Source: an uncultured Actinomycetota bacterium | GTDB taxonomy: Bacteria > Actinomycetota > Actinomycetes > Actinomycetales > Cellulomonadaceae | Length of the DNA stretch: 64,000 nt | Reading direction: 5' to 3' | Assembly: GCA_963769855.1 (NCBI GenBank) | Contig: CAVYNN010000007.1 | Location: forward strand, 558-64,557 | Shown here: positions 10,920-20,757 of the stretch, piece after piece | Position numbering within the stretch: position 1 is the stretch's first letter | Layout: each line of letters begins with the position of its first letter | Made by a program: the position numbers and the translations under genes | The notes under the pieces: generated by a model | Told to the model about the DNA's origin: nothing | Database searches by the model: none | The model's input: only the letters and a program-made list of their open reading frames with translations

Positions 10920-13157
10920 TCAGCCGTTCGCTGCGGCGACCAGCCTCGCCACGTCGTCGGGCGCCATCGCGCCGCCCGTGAACGTCAGCGCGACCTGGAG
11001 CGGGGTCTGCCGGAGCATCTCGTCGTCCGGCAGCTGGAACCCGCCGGCCTGGGCGAGCTGCGTCAGCATCGGGCCGCCCACCGGATGGGCCAGCCACTCG
11101 GCCACCGTGGACATCGGGTCCAGCGGCAGTGCCGCGCTCTCGCCGACCACCTCGAGCGTCACCGAGCCCCGGATGTCCCGTGACGAGGCGCCGACCTCGA
11201 CGACGAACGCGCCGCCCTCGACCAGCCAGCGCCGCAGCCCCGGGTGCCAGTAGGACAGGTCCCGCCCGGTCAGGGCGAACGTCACCACCTCGGCTGCGCC
11301 CGGCTCGAGCCGTACCTTGCGGAACGCCCGCAGCTCGCGGGGCGGCCGGAGCACGGACGCCTGCGGGTCACGCACGTACACCTGGACCACCTCGGCGCCC
11401 GCCACCGGGCCCGTGTTCGTCACCCGGACCGAGACCTCGACCTGCACGTCCGCACCCGCACCCGAGGCGGTCGCCGTGACCTCGTCGTACGCGAACGTGG
11501 TGTACGTCAGGCCGTGGCCGAACGGGTAGGCCACCGCCGCGTCGCGGGCGTCGTACCACCGGTAGCCGACCAGCACGCCCTCGCCGTAGCGCACGTGCCC
11601 GAACTCGCCGGGGAAGTTGCCGAACGCCGGGGTGTCCTCCAGCCGGTGCGGGATCGTCTCGGCCAGCCGGCCCTCCGGTGCGCGCCGGCCGGTGAGCAGG
11701 TCAGCCACCGCCGAGCCGCCGGCCTGCCCGCCGAGCCACGTCTCGAGGATCGCCGGGACGGACCGCCGCCAGCCGGTGAGCGACACCACGGAGCCGTTCG
11801 CGAGCACGACGACCACCCGGCGGTTCACCTCGGCCAGCGCCGCCAGCAGCGAGACCTGGTTGGCCGGCAGCTCGAGACGCTCGCGGTCGTACCCCTCGGA
11901 CTCGTCGGCCGGCAGCAGGCCGGCGAACAGCACCACCGTGCCGGCCCGGCGGGCCGCGTTCACCGCCTGGTTACGCAGTCGCATGTCGTCGTAGGTCGCG
12001 CCGCTCAGCGTGTAGCCCGGGGCGAACGGGACCTCGCGGCCGGTCGCCGCGCGCAACGCCGTCAGGGCGTCGTCCAGTCGGGTCGGGTTCACCTGCGACG
12101 AGCCAGCACCTTGGTAGCGGGGCGTGCGGGCAAGCTCGCCGACGACCAGCACCTCCCCGTCGGCCGGCAGCGGCAGCACCGGGCGCCCGTCGACCGGGTC
12201 GTTCTTCAGCAGCACGGCACCCGCCGCAGCGGCCTCGCGGGCCAGCTCGTGGTGGGCGTCGGCGTCCGGCTCGTCGCCGGGCTCGGTGCGGGACCGCCCG
12301 ACGAGGTGCAGCACGCGGCGCACCGCGGTGTCGAGCACGCCCTCGGCGACGTCGCCGTGGAGCACCGCGCCGACCACCGCCATGTCCGGCGCCGAGCCGA
12401 TCCCCGGCATCTGCAGGTCCAGGCCGGCGACCAGCGCGGCGACCCGGTCGTGCACCGCGCCCCAGTCGGAGACGACCAGGCCGTCGAACCCCCACTCCTC
12501 GCGCAGCACGGTGCTGAGCAGCCAGCGGTGCTGCGACGCGTAGACGCCGCCCACCTTGTTGTAGGCGCACATGACGGTCCATGGCTGGGCCTGCGTGACG
12601 ACCCGCTCGAACGCGGGCAGGTAGACTTCGCGCAAGGTGCGCTCGTCGACGTCCGCCGACACGCGCATCCGGTCGGTCTCCTGGTTGTTCGCCGCGAAGT
12701 GCTTGAGGCTGGTCCCGACGCCTTCGGACTGGACGCCCTGGACGTAGGCCACGGCCAGTGCGCCGGCCAGGTGCGGGTCCTCCGAGAAGTACTCGAAGTT
12801 GCGCCCGCAGAGCGGTGTGCGCTTGATGTTGACCCCCGGGCCGAGCAGCACGGCCACACCCTGCGCGGCGGCCTCCCGGCCGAGTGCCGCACCGACCCGG
12901 CGGACCAGCTCGGGGTCCCAGCTGGAGGCGAGCGCCGCGGCGGTCGGGAAGCACGTCGCCGGCACGGACTCGCCGAGCGCGGCGGCGCCGCCCTCGGCGA
13001 CCTGCTTGCGCAGCCCGTGCGGGCCGTCGGTCATCATGATCGCCGGCACCCCGGCGCGGGCGACGGCCGCGGTGTGCCAGAAGTCCGCCCCGGACGTGAG
13101 CGACGCCTTCTCCTGCAGGGTCAGGGTGGCCAGCACCCGGTCTTCGTCGAACGGCAT
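10920..13157 (-). CDS. Glycoside hydrolase family 3 beta-glucosidase
   Basis: MPFDEDRVLATLTLQEKASL..., TDGPHGLRKQ, nucleophile block EWGFDGLVVSDWGAV, and a C-terminal Fn3-like region. ATG at 13157 is preceded by GGAGG. Confidence 0.9.
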   Translation of the reverse strand: MPFDEDRVLATLTLQEKASLTSGADFWHTAAVARAGVPAIMMTDGPHGLRKQVAEGGAAALGESVPATCFPTAAALASSWDPELVRRVGAALGREAAAQGVAVLLGPGVNIKRTPLCGRNFEYFSEDPHLAGALAVAYVQGVQSEGVGTSLKHFAANNQETDRMRVSADVDERTLREVYLPAFERVVTQAQPWTVMCAYNKVGGVYASQHRWLLSTVLREEWGFDGLVVSDWGAVHDRVAALVAGLDLQMPGIGSAPDMAVVGAVLHGDVAEGVLDTAVRRVLHLVGRSRTEPGDEPDADAHHELAREAAAAGAVLLKNDPVDGRPVLPLPADGEVLVVGELARTPRYQGAGSSQVNPTRLDDALTALRAATGREVPFAPGYTLSGATYDDMRLRNQAVNAARRAGTVVLFAGLLPADESEGYDRERLELPANQVSLLAALAEVNRRVVVVLANGSVVSLTGWRRSVPAILETWLGGQAGGSAVADLLTGRRAPEGRLAETIPHRLEDTPAFGNFPGEFGHVRYGEGVLVGYRWYDARDAAVAYPFGHGLTYTTFAYDEVTATASGAGADVQVEVSVRVTNTGPVAGAEVVQVYVRDPQASVLRPPRELRAFRKVRLEPGAAEVVTFALTGRDLSYWHPGLRRWLVEGGAFVVEVGASSRDIRGSVTLEVVGESAALPLDPMSTVAEWLAHPVGGPMLTQLAQAGGFQLPDDEMLRQTPLQVALTFTGGAMAPDDVARLVAAANG

Positions 13158-13210
13158 GGCAACCGCACCTCCAGGTGGCACCGTAGCGGTCGGTGCCGGT
13201 CGACGCCGGG

Positions 13211-13834
13211 TCAGGTGCCGGTCAGGGAGCTGACCGACGGCGTGGTGGCGAGGCACGTCACCGTGGCGTGGCCCGGCGTGGGTGCCCAGACGACGACTCC
13301 GCCGGCGGCGGCCGGAAGCGCTGCACCGGCACACAGGGCGGTGGCCGCCGCATCGAGCCGGGTCTGGCCGGTAGGCGGGTCGGTCAGGTTCTGGCGCAGG
13401 ACGACCTGCGCCTGGTGCGAGTTCGCGCAGGGCACGATGCGGACCACCCACACCGTGCCGTCCGCGGGCAGGGTGGCCAGGCAGTTGCCCTCGGTCAGCT
13501 GTTGCGCGGCGGCGTACCTCGGCGCGCCCACGTCGGCCGGCAGTGGGCGGAGCAGCAGCCAGGCGAGGCCGCCGAGCACCAGCCAGGACAGGATCGCGAC
13601 GAGCCCGAGCACCATCCCGGTCCAGGCCATCCAGCGCCCGCGGCGCTGCCGCCCGGCTGTCCGGCGGGCACCGACCATGCCGAGCACGACGGGCACCGGA
13701 CCGAGGCCGACGATCCCGGTGACGAGGGCGGCGACGCTCACGCCGTCCCACCGCCCGGCCGGTGGCGCGGTCTGCTGCCATCCGGGCGCGTAGTGCGGCT
13801 CGGGATAGGAGTAGCGATCCGCGGGCTGCGTCAT
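13211..13834 (-). CDS. Membrane protein (DUF4190-like N-terminus, Cys-containing extracellular domain)
   Basis: 207 aa with two TM segments (VAALVTGIVGLGPVPVVLGMV, MVLGLVAILSWLVLGGLAWLLL) and conserved-looking Cys residues. ATG overlaps the xthA stop (ATGA). Confidence 0.5.
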   Translation of the reverse strand: MTQPADRYSYPEPHYAPGWQQTAPPAGRWDGVSVAALVTGIVGLGPVPVVLGMVGARRTAGRQRRGRWMAWTGMVLGLVAILSWLVLGGLAWLLLRPLPADVGAPRYAAAQQLTEGNCLATLPADGTVWVVRIVPCANSHQAQVVLRQNLTDPPTGQTRLDAAATALCAGAALPAAAGGVVVWAPTPGHATVTCLATTPSVSSLTGT

Positions 13835-14625
13835 GACGCCTCCACCTCGAGCACCACCGGCACGTGGTCGGACGGGCCCTTGCCCTTGCGCTCGTTGCGC
13901 TCGATCCTCACGCCGGTGACGGCCGCCGCCAGCGTGGGGGAGGCGTAGGTCAGGTCGATCCGCATCCCCTCGTTCCGCGGGAACCGCAGCTGCTGGTAGT
14001 CCCAGTAGGTGTAGGTGTGCTCGGCCGGCAGGTGCACCCGGCTGATCTCCGTGTACCCGGCGTCGGCGACCGCGGTGAACGCCTCCCGCTCCGCGGGCGT
14101 GACATGGGTGCGGCCGGCGAACACCTCGATGTCCCAGACGTCGGTGTCCAGGGGCGCGATGTTCCAGTCCCCGACCAGCGCGATCTTCGCCGTGGGGTCG
14201 TCCTGCAGCCAGCCCGCGGCCGCGGTGCGCAGGGCGGCGAGCCAGGTGAGCTTGTACGCGTAGTGCGGGTCGGCGATCTCCCGGCCGTTGGGCACGTAGA
14301 GGCTCCACACGCGCACGCCGCCGCAGGTGGCGCCGATGGCCCGGGCCTCGACGACCGGGGGGTCGCCCCAGGTCGGCTGTCCCGCGAAGCCGCGGACGAC
14401 GTCCGCCAGCCCCACCTTCGAGGCGATCGCCACGCCGTTCCACTGGCTGAAGCCGAAGGTGGCGACCTCGTAGCCGAGCGCCTCGAACCCCTCCCGGGGA
14501 AACTGCTCGTCCTTGCACTTGGTCTCCTGCAGCGCGAGCACCTCCACGCCGGAGGCCTCGACCCAGCCGAGCACCCGGTCGATCCGCGACCGCACCGAGT
14601 TGACGTTCCACGTCGCCACGCGCAT
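13831..14625 (-). CDS. xthA: Exodeoxyribonuclease III
   Basis: MRVATWNVNSVRSR...LALQETK...GDWNIAP...SDHVPV, the typical EEP/ExoIII motifs. Start taken at the MRVATWN ATG (14625). Confidence 0.9.
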   Translation of the reverse strand: MRVATWNVNSVRSRIDRVLGWVEASGVEVLALQETKCKDEQFPREGFEALGYEVATFGFSQWNGVAIASKVGLADVVRGFAGQPTWGDPPVVEARAIGATCGGVRVWSLYVPNGREIADPHYAYKLTWLAALRTAAAGWLQDDPTAKIALVGDWNIAPLDTDVWDIEVFAGRTHVTPAEREAFTAVADAGYTEISRVHLPAEHTYTYWDYQQLRFPRNEGMRIDLTYASPTLAAAVTGVRIERNERKGKGPSDHVPVVLEVEAS

Positions 14626-14736
14626 GACGCGACCGTACCCGGAGCCACCCACCCAGGACACGGCGAGGGCCGGGTGCCGTCTCGCGGCGGTCACCCGGCC
14701 CTCGTCACCCGCCCCTCGTCGGGGGCGGACCGTGCC

Positions 14737-16260
14737 TCACTTCACGTCGGCGTCGACCCACTCGAAGGTCCGCGTGACGGCCTTCTTCCACAGCCGGTAG
14801 GTCCGGTCGCGCTCGGCCGGGTCGATCGACGGGTTCCAGCGCTTGTCCTCGGCCCAGTTGTCGATGACGTCCTGCTCGCCGCTCCAGAACCCGACCGCGA
14901 TGCCGGCCGCGTAGGCGGCACCCAGCGCGGTGGTCTCGGCGACCTTCGGCCGGATCACCGGGACGCCGAGGATGTCGGCCTGGAACTGCATGAGCGCCTC
15001 GTTGGCGACCATGCCGCCGTCCACCTTGAGCTCGGTCAGCGCCACGCCGGAGTCGGCGTTCATGGCGTCGAGGACCTCGCGGGTCTGGAAGGCCGTGGCC
15101 TCCAGGGCGGCGCGGGCGATGTGGCCCTTGTTGACGTACCGGGTGAGGCCGACGAGCGCACCGCGCGCGTCGCCCTTCCAGTACGGCGCGAACAGGCCGG
15201 AGAACGCCGGCACGAAGTACGCGCCGCCGTTGTCCTCGACCGTGTCGGCCAGCTGCTCGATCTCCGGGGCGGACGAGATGAGGCCCAGGTTGTCGCGCAG
15301 CCACTGCACCAGCGAGCCCGTCACGGCGATCGAGCCCTCGAGCGCGTACACGGCCGGCTGGTCGCCGATCTTGTAGCAGAGGGTGGTCAGCAGGCCGTTC
15401 TTCGACGGGACCGGCGACGTGCCCGTGTTGAGGAGCATGAAGTTGCCGGTGCCGTACGTGTTCTTCGCGTTGCCGACCTCGAAGCAGGCCTGGCCGAACG
15501 TCGCGGCCTGCTGGTCGCCGAGGTCGCCGGCGATCGGCACGCCCGGGACCATGCCGCCCTCGCGGCCGGTGCCGTAGACCTCGGACGACGACTTGATCGC
15601 CGGGAGCATCGACATCGGGATGCCCATGTCCTTGGCGATGTCGGCGTCCCAGGCCAGGGTCGCCAGGTCCATCAGCATGGTGCGCGAGGCGTTGGTGACG
15701 TCGGTGACGTGCACGCCGCCGTCGACGCCGCCGGTCATGTTCCAGATCACCCACGAGTCGGTGTTGCCGAAGGCGAGCTGGCCCGCCTCGGCCTTCTCCT
15801 GGGCGCCGGGGACGTTGTCGAGGATCCAGCGGACCTTCGGGCCGGAGAAGTAGGTGGCCAGGGGGAGGCCGACACGCGCCTTGTAGCGGTCCTGGCCGCC
15901 GCCGAGGGCGCCGAGGTCCTCGGTGATCTTCTGCGTGCGGGTGTCCTGCCAGACGATCGCGTTGTAGACCGGCTGGCCGGTCGTGCGGTCCCAGACCACG
16001 GTGGTCTCGCGCTGGTTGGTGATGCCGACGGCGGCGATGTCGTGGTACGTGAGGTTGGCGCGGGTCAGGGCCAGGCCGACGACCTCGCGGACGTTGTCCC
16101 AGATCTCGACGGGGTTGTGCTCGACCCATCCGGCCCGCGGGAAGATCTGCTCGTGCTCCTTCTGGCCGACGGAGACGATCTGGCCGGAGTGGTCGAAGAC
16201 GATGGCGCGCGAGCTGGTGGTGCCCTGGTCGATGGCGAGTACGTACATGGTTTCGGGCAT
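14737..16260 (-). CDS. glpK: Glycerol kinase
   Basis: 507 aa. [17 protein letters not shown] plus FGGY-family blocks throughout. Confidence 0.95.
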   Translation of the reverse strand: MPETMYVLAIDQGTTSSRAIVFDHSGQIVSVGQKEHEQIFPRAGWVEHNPVEIWDNVREVVGLALTRANLTYHDIAAVGITNQRETTVVWDRTTGQPVYNAIVWQDTRTQKITEDLGALGGGQDRYKARVGLPLATYFSGPKVRWILDNVPGAQEKAEAGQLAFGNTDSWVIWNMTGGVDGGVHVTDVTNASRTMLMDLATLAWDADIAKDMGIPMSMLPAIKSSSEVYGTGREGGMVPGVPIAGDLGDQQAATFGQACFEVGNAKNTYGTGNFMLLNTGTSPVPSKNGLLTTLCYKIGDQPAVYALEGSIAVTGSLVQWLRDNLGLISSAPEIEQLADTVEDNGGAYFVPAFSGLFAPYWKGDARGALVGLTRYVNKGHIARAALEATAFQTREVLDAMNADSGVALTELKVDGGMVANEALMQFQADILGVPVIRPKVAETTALGAAYAAGIAVGFWSGEQDVIDNWAEDKRWNPSIDPAERDRTYRLWKKAVTRTFEWVDADVK

Positions 16261-16395
16261 GTCAAGGACTCCTTGCGATGTGTGGAGCGGGCCTTCCCGG
16301 CGGCGCGTCGTCGTGGTCTGCGCGGCGCGCCGCCGGGCTCGGGGGATGTCGGCCGTGGCCCGTCGTCGGGCGGCCGGCGTTACCTCAGGATGCGA

Positions 16396-17137
16396 TCAGC
16401 TGACGATGTACGCGTGAGCCGCGAGGCCGGCCAGAGTGCCACCGACCAGCGGACCGAAGACCGGGACCCAGGAGTACGCCCAGTCGCTGGTGCCCTTGCC
16501 GGGGATCGGCAGGAAGGCGTGCGCGATGCGCGGGCCGAGGTCACGGGCGGGGTTGATGGCGTACCCGGTCGGGCCACCGAGGCTCATGCCGATGCCGACG
16601 ACGAGGAACGAGACGGCGAGCGGGCCGAGCGCCGGCCGGGGTCTTGCCGAACGCGATGACGATGAAGACCAGGATGAAGGTGCCGATGACCTCGGTGACG
16701 AAGTTCCAACCGTAGGAACGGATCGCCGGGCCGGTCGAGAAGACGCCGAGCTTGGCGCCCGGGTCGGCCTCGGGGTCGTCGAAGTGCTTCTTGTACGCCA
16801 GCCAGCACAGGATGGCGCCGATGATGGCGCCGATCAGCTGGGCGAGCCAGTACAGGAACATGTTCCCGATGCTGGACGTCACGCCCTTGGCGAAGGCATC
16901 GGCCGTGTTGGGGTGATCCACGTAGAGGCCGAGGGTGACGGCCGGGTTGATGTGTGCGCCCGACTTGTAGGCGGCGTACACGCCGGCCATGACGGCGAGG
17001 CCCCACCCGAAGGTGATGACGACCCAGCCGGAGCCGTACCCCTTGTTTCTCGGGAGGATCACGTTGGCGACCACACCGGTACCGAGGAGGACCAGGATCG
17101 CGGTGCCGACGATCTCGGAGACGAACGCTTGACTCAC
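16396..17137 (-). pseudogene. glpF: Glycerol uptake facilitator (MIP/aquaporin) with an apparent frameshift
   Basis: ORF 16541..17137 holds the first NPA (SGAHINPAVTL). ORF 16396..16587 holds the second ([13 protein letters not shown]). The frames only join if GKTPA|[20 protein letters not shown] is read across an indel near 16628-16640. Confidence 0.85.
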
Positions 17138-17180
17138 GGTCTACCCACTTTCTTGTGACGGGACTTCGTTGTCACGTACA

Positions 17181-17202
17181 CCCCGCGACCTGCGTCGCGG
17201 GG
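17181..17202 (-). terminator. GC-rich hairpin directly after the glpD stop
   Basis: CCCCGCGAC-CTGC-GTCGCGGGG, a 9-bp perfect stem 2 nt from the glpD stop codon (17204-17206). Confidence 0.45.
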
Positions 17203-17203
17203 C

Positions 17204-18976
17204 CTAGCGGCCGGCACCCCCAGAACCGGCTCCTCCCCCGACGCTGTACATCGGGGTGAGATCCGTGGCCTTGAGGCGGACGGCTTCGGCGGTGGCGTCG
17301 TCGGTCTCGTGCGCGGCCGCCTCCTCCGCCTCGACACGCTCGCGGTAGGCCTGGATCTCTCGGCTGCGCGCCTCGTCGTCCCAGCCGAGGACGGGGGCGA
17401 TGAGGTCGACGATCTCCTCCGCCGCACCAAGACCCTTGTCGGTCTGCTCGAAGTTGAGCCGGGTGCGGTGCATCAGCACGTCGTCGAGGTGCAGCACACC
17501 CTCGTGCGTCGCGGCGTACAGCGCCTCGACCCGGGTGTAGGCCGGGGCTCCCTCGAGCGGCTTGGCGAGGTCGGGGCGCTGCTCGACGAGCTCGACCAGC
17601 TCGGGCAGCAGCGAGCCGTACCGGCTGAGCAGGTGCGCTTGGCGTCCCTCGTCCCAGCCGTACGTCTTGCCCCAGCCCTTGGCCTGGTTCGTCACGACGG
17701 CCAGGCCCTCGGCACCGGCGAGCGGCAGGGTCGCGGTCGGCGACGGCAGGGACTTGGCGCGCGCTCCGAGCGCGAAGTCGACCGCGTCCTTGGCCATCAC
17801 GCGGTACGTGGTCAGCTTGCCGCCGGCGATGACCGTGAAGCCGGGGGCCGGCGAGGCGACGGTGTGCTCGCGGGACACCTTGGCCGAGCTGGTGCCCTCC
17901 TTCATCTCCGGCTGGAGCAGCGGCCGCAGGCCGGCGTACACGCCGAGGATGTCGTCCCGGGTGAGCGGGTCCTTGAGCACGGTGTTCGCGTGCTCGATGA
18001 CGTAGTCGATGTCAGCGCCGGTGGCGACCGGGTGGCGCAGCTCCTGCTTCCACGGGGTGTCGGTGGTGCCGATCACCCAGTACCGGGGCCACGGGATGAG
18101 GAAGAGCACCGACTTCTCGGTCTGCAGGATCAGGCCGACGTCGCCGCGGATCCGGCTGCGCGGCACGGTGATGTGGATGCCCTTGCTGGCGAGGACCTTG
18201 AGCCCGCCGGTCGAGCCGGTGAGCGCCTCGGTCTGCTCGGTCCACACGCCGGTGGCGTTGATGACGTTCTTGGCGGCCACCGGGAACCGGTCGCCCGTCT
18301 CCAGGTCGGCCACGATCACGCCGGTGACCCGGCCCGAGCCGTCCTTGACGAGGTCGACCACCTCGGTCCGGCTCGCCGCCCGTGCCCCGTACGAGACGGC
18401 CGTCCGGACCAGGGTCTCGACCAGGCGCGCGTCGTCGAGCATCGTGTCCCAGTACTCGATCGCGCCGACGGCGACGTCCGGCCGGAAGTCCGGGAACATC
18501 TGCATCATCTTCGTGTGCGAGATGTGCTTGTGGTAGGGGATCGCATGCCGGGTGCCGGTGGAGGTGGCCAGGGCGTCGTACATCGCGATGCCGGAGCCGA
18601 CGTAGGCCCGCTCCCAGACGTGGTGCTGCAGCGGGTACAGGAAGGGCGTCGGCCGGACCAGGTGCGGGGCGATGGTCGACCGCAGCCGGTTGCGCTCCAC
18701 GAGCGCCTCGTGCACCAGGTGGAAGTCGAGCATCTGCAGGTAGCGCAGGCCGCCGTGGGCCATCTTCGTCGAGCGGCTCGATGTGCCGCTGGCCCAGTCC
18801 TGGGCCTCCACGATGGCGGTGGACAGGCCCCGGGCGACCGCGTCGAGCGCGATCCCCGCACCGGTGACGCCGCCGCCGATGACCAGGACGTCCATCTCGT
18901 GGCCGGGCTCCGTGCTGGATCGCATCACATCGAGTGCAGCGGAGCGGGCCTGCAGCGTCAGCGGCGCGGTCCTCAT
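17204..18976 (-). CDS. glpD: Glycerol-3-phosphate dehydrogenase (FAD-dependent)
   Basis: MRTAPLTLQ..., FAD motif DVLVIGGGVTGAGIALDA, GTSSRSTKMAHGGLRYL. ATG at 18976 is in frame. Confidence 0.9.
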   Translation of the reverse strand: MRTAPLTLQARSAALDVMRSSTEPGHEMDVLVIGGGVTGAGIALDAVARGLSTAIVEAQDWASGTSSRSTKMAHGGLRYLQMLDFHLVHEALVERNRLRSTIAPHLVRPTPFLYPLQHHVWERAYVGSGIAMYDALATSTGTRHAIPYHKHISHTKMMQMFPDFRPDVAVGAIEYWDTMLDDARLVETLVRTAVSYGARAASRTEVVDLVKDGSGRVTGVIVADLETGDRFPVAAKNVINATGVWTEQTEALTGSTGGLKVLASKGIHITVPRSRIRGDVGLILQTEKSVLFLIPWPRYWVIGTTDTPWKQELRHPVATGADIDYVIEHANTVLKDPLTRDDILGVYAGLRPLLQPEMKEGTSSAKVSREHTVASPAPGFTVIAGGKLTTYRVMAKDAVDFALGARAKSLPSPTATLPLAGAEGLAVVTNQAKGWGKTYGWDEGRQAHLLSRYGSLLPELVELVEQRPDLAKPLEGAPAYTRVEALYAATHEGVLHLDDVLMHRTRLNFEQTDKGLGAAEEIVDLIAPVLGWDDEARSREIQAYRERVEAEEAAAHETDDATAEAVRLKATDLTPMYSVGGGAGSGGAGR

Positions 18977-19060
18977 GAACGTCTCCCGAACTAGACAGGC
19001 TCGCCCGATCAGGGCGGCTGGGTTATCGTCGTCACGTTCTGAACGGATGCGCAACCTGAG

Positions 19061-19074
19061 TGCACATATGTGCA
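19061..19074. promoter_or_regulatory. Perfect 14-bp palindrome in the glpD / SorC-regulator divergent region (candidate operator)
   Basis: TGCACATATGTGCA is its own reverse complement. It is AT-rich in a GC-rich background and lies 27 nt upstream of the regulator ATG. Confidence 0.45.
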
Positions 19075-19100
19075 GCGGCAATAGGACCTTGGGGGTGGGG

Positions 19101-20102
19101 ATGTACGTCGGCAAGGAGCAGCAGGACGTCCTGCGCGCGGCGTCCATGTACTACCTGCAGGACCTCAAGATGGAGGTCATCGCCAAGCACCTGGGCACCT
19201 CGCGCTCGACGGTCTCGCGTCTGATCAAGCGTGCCCGGCAGTCCGGACTGGTCGAGATCACGCTGCGCCCGGCGAGCACGCGTGCGCCGGGGCTCGGCCG
19301 TTCGATCACGTCGATCTTCGGCGTCGAGTCCTACGTGGTGCCCGTCCCGGACTCTGCGAGCGACCTCGAGCGGCTGGAGCAGGTGTCGATGACGGGGGCC
19401 AAGCTCATCTCGTCCTGGTTCGACTCCGACATGGTGATGGGCCTGGCCTGGGGCACCACGCTGGCCTCGGTGTCGCGCTACCTGGTGCCCAAGCCGACCC
19501 GGAGCGCGGCCGTCGTCCAGCTCAACGGCGCCGCGAACATGCGCACGTCCGGCATCGAGTACGCCTCTGACCTCATCTCGAGCTTCGGGACCGCCTTCGG
19601 TGCGGCCGTTCACCACTTCTCCGTGCCGGCGTTCTTCGACTACCCCGACACCAAGGCCGCGATGTGGCGCGAACGGTCGGTCAGGCGGGTCCTGGACATG
19701 CAGCGCCGGGCGGACATCGCGGTGTTCTCGGTCGGCGCGCTGTCCGGAGCAGTGCCGTCGCACGTCTACTCGGCGGGCTATCTCGACGAGGACGACAACC
19801 GCGTGCTGCACGAGGAGGGCGTGGTGGGGGACGTGTGCACGGTGTTCCTCCGGGCCGACGGCTCCTGGCAGGACATCCCGTTGAACGAACGTGCGACCGG
19901 GCCGACCCCGGTCGAGCTCCAGCGCATCCCGCGCCGTGTCTGCATCGTCGCCGGCGACGCCAAGGTGCCGCCGCTGCTGGCGGCCCTGCGGGCGGGCGTG
20001 GTCACCGACCTCGTCGTCGACGAGATCACGGCGACCGGGCTGCTCGATGCCGTCGAGCCCGCTCCGCTGCCGCGTCGGACGCGCAGCCACGCCGGCGGGT
20101 GA
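19101..20102 (+). CDS. SorC-family transcriptional regulator (HTH plus sugar-phosphate-binding domain)
   Basis: MYVGKEQQDVLRAASMYYLQDLKMEVIAKHLGTSRSTVSRLIKRARQSGLVEI. Divergent from glpD. Confidence 0.8.
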   Translation: MYVGKEQQDVLRAASMYYLQDLKMEVIAKHLGTSRSTVSRLIKRARQSGLVEITLRPASTRAPGLGRSITSIFGVESYVVPVPDSASDLERLEQVSMTGAKLISSWFDSDMVMGLAWGTTLASVSRYLVPKPTRSAAVVQLNGAANMRTSGIEYASDLISSFGTAFGAAVHHFSVPAFFDYPDTKAAMWRERSVRRVLDMQRRADIAVFSVGALSGAVPSHVYSAGYLDEDDNRVLHEEGVVGDVCTVFLRADGSWQDIPLNERATGPTPVELQRIPRRVCIVAGDAKVPPLLAALRAGVVTDLVVDEITATGLLDAVEPAPLPRRTRSHAGG

Positions 20103-20142
20103 CCGCGCCGGGCCCGGCGCCGAGGGTGGATACCGTGGGCCA

Positions 20143-20652
20143 GTGACCTCCGCCGACCTGCGGGTGCGCCCTGCGCTGCCCGCCGATGTGCACGCCATCC
20201 GCGACCTCGTCGAGCCGTACGCGTCCGAGCGGATCCTCCTGGCCAAGGAGTGGGTCGGCTACTACGAGGCGGTGCAGGAGTTCCAGGTCGCCGTCGAGGG
20301 CGAGGACGTGATCGGGTGCGGCGCGTTGCACGTCATGTGGTCCGACCTGGCGGAGATCCGCACGCTCGCGGTCGACCCGGCGCGCCGTCGGCACGGGGTG
20401 GGGCACACGCTGATGGCCGCGCTGCTCGACCGGGCGCGTGCGCTCGGCCTGCGCCGCGTGTTCTGCCTGACCTTCGAGGTGGACTTCTTCGCAGCGCACG
20501 GCTTCCGGGTGATCGAGGGCACACCGGTGGCCCCGGACGTCTACGCGGAGCTGCTCCGCTCGCACGACGACGGCGTCGCGGAGTTCCTCGACCTGGCCCG
20601 GGTCAAGCCGAACACCCTGGGCAACACCCGCATGCTCCTCGAGCTCACCTGA
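20143..20652 (+). CDS. GNAT amino-acid N-acetyltransferase (short ArgA-like)
   Basis: 169 aa from an in-frame GTG. VRPALPADVHAIRDLVEPYA...GCGALHVMWSDLAEIRTLAVDPARRRHGVGHTLM is the acetyl-CoA motif. Confidence 0.75.
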   Translation: MTSADLRVRPALPADVHAIRDLVEPYASERILLAKEWVGYYEAVQEFQVAVEGEDVIGCGALHVMWSDLAEIRTLAVDPARRRHGVGHTLMAALLDRARALGLRRVFCLTFEVDFFAAHGFRVIEGTPVAPDVYAELLRSHDDGVAEFLDLARVKPNTLGNTRMLLELT

Positions 20653-20671
20653 CCCCCACCCACCACCGCCT

Positions 20672-20732
20672 CCCAGAGTGGAACAGACACGCACCGACAC
20701 GCCGTGGATGGGTACCGGTTCGTTCCACTGGG
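20672..20732. repeat. Inverted repeat GTGGAAC...GTTCCAC between convergent genes, flanked by C-rich and G-rich stretches
   Basis: CCCAGAGTGGAAC (20672-20684) faces GTTCCACTGGG (20722-20732). Upstream is CCCCCACCCACCACCGCCTCCC and downstream is GGACGGGGAG. Confidence 0.5.
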
Positions 20733-20757
20733 TCGTGCTTGGACGGGGAGCTTGTGC

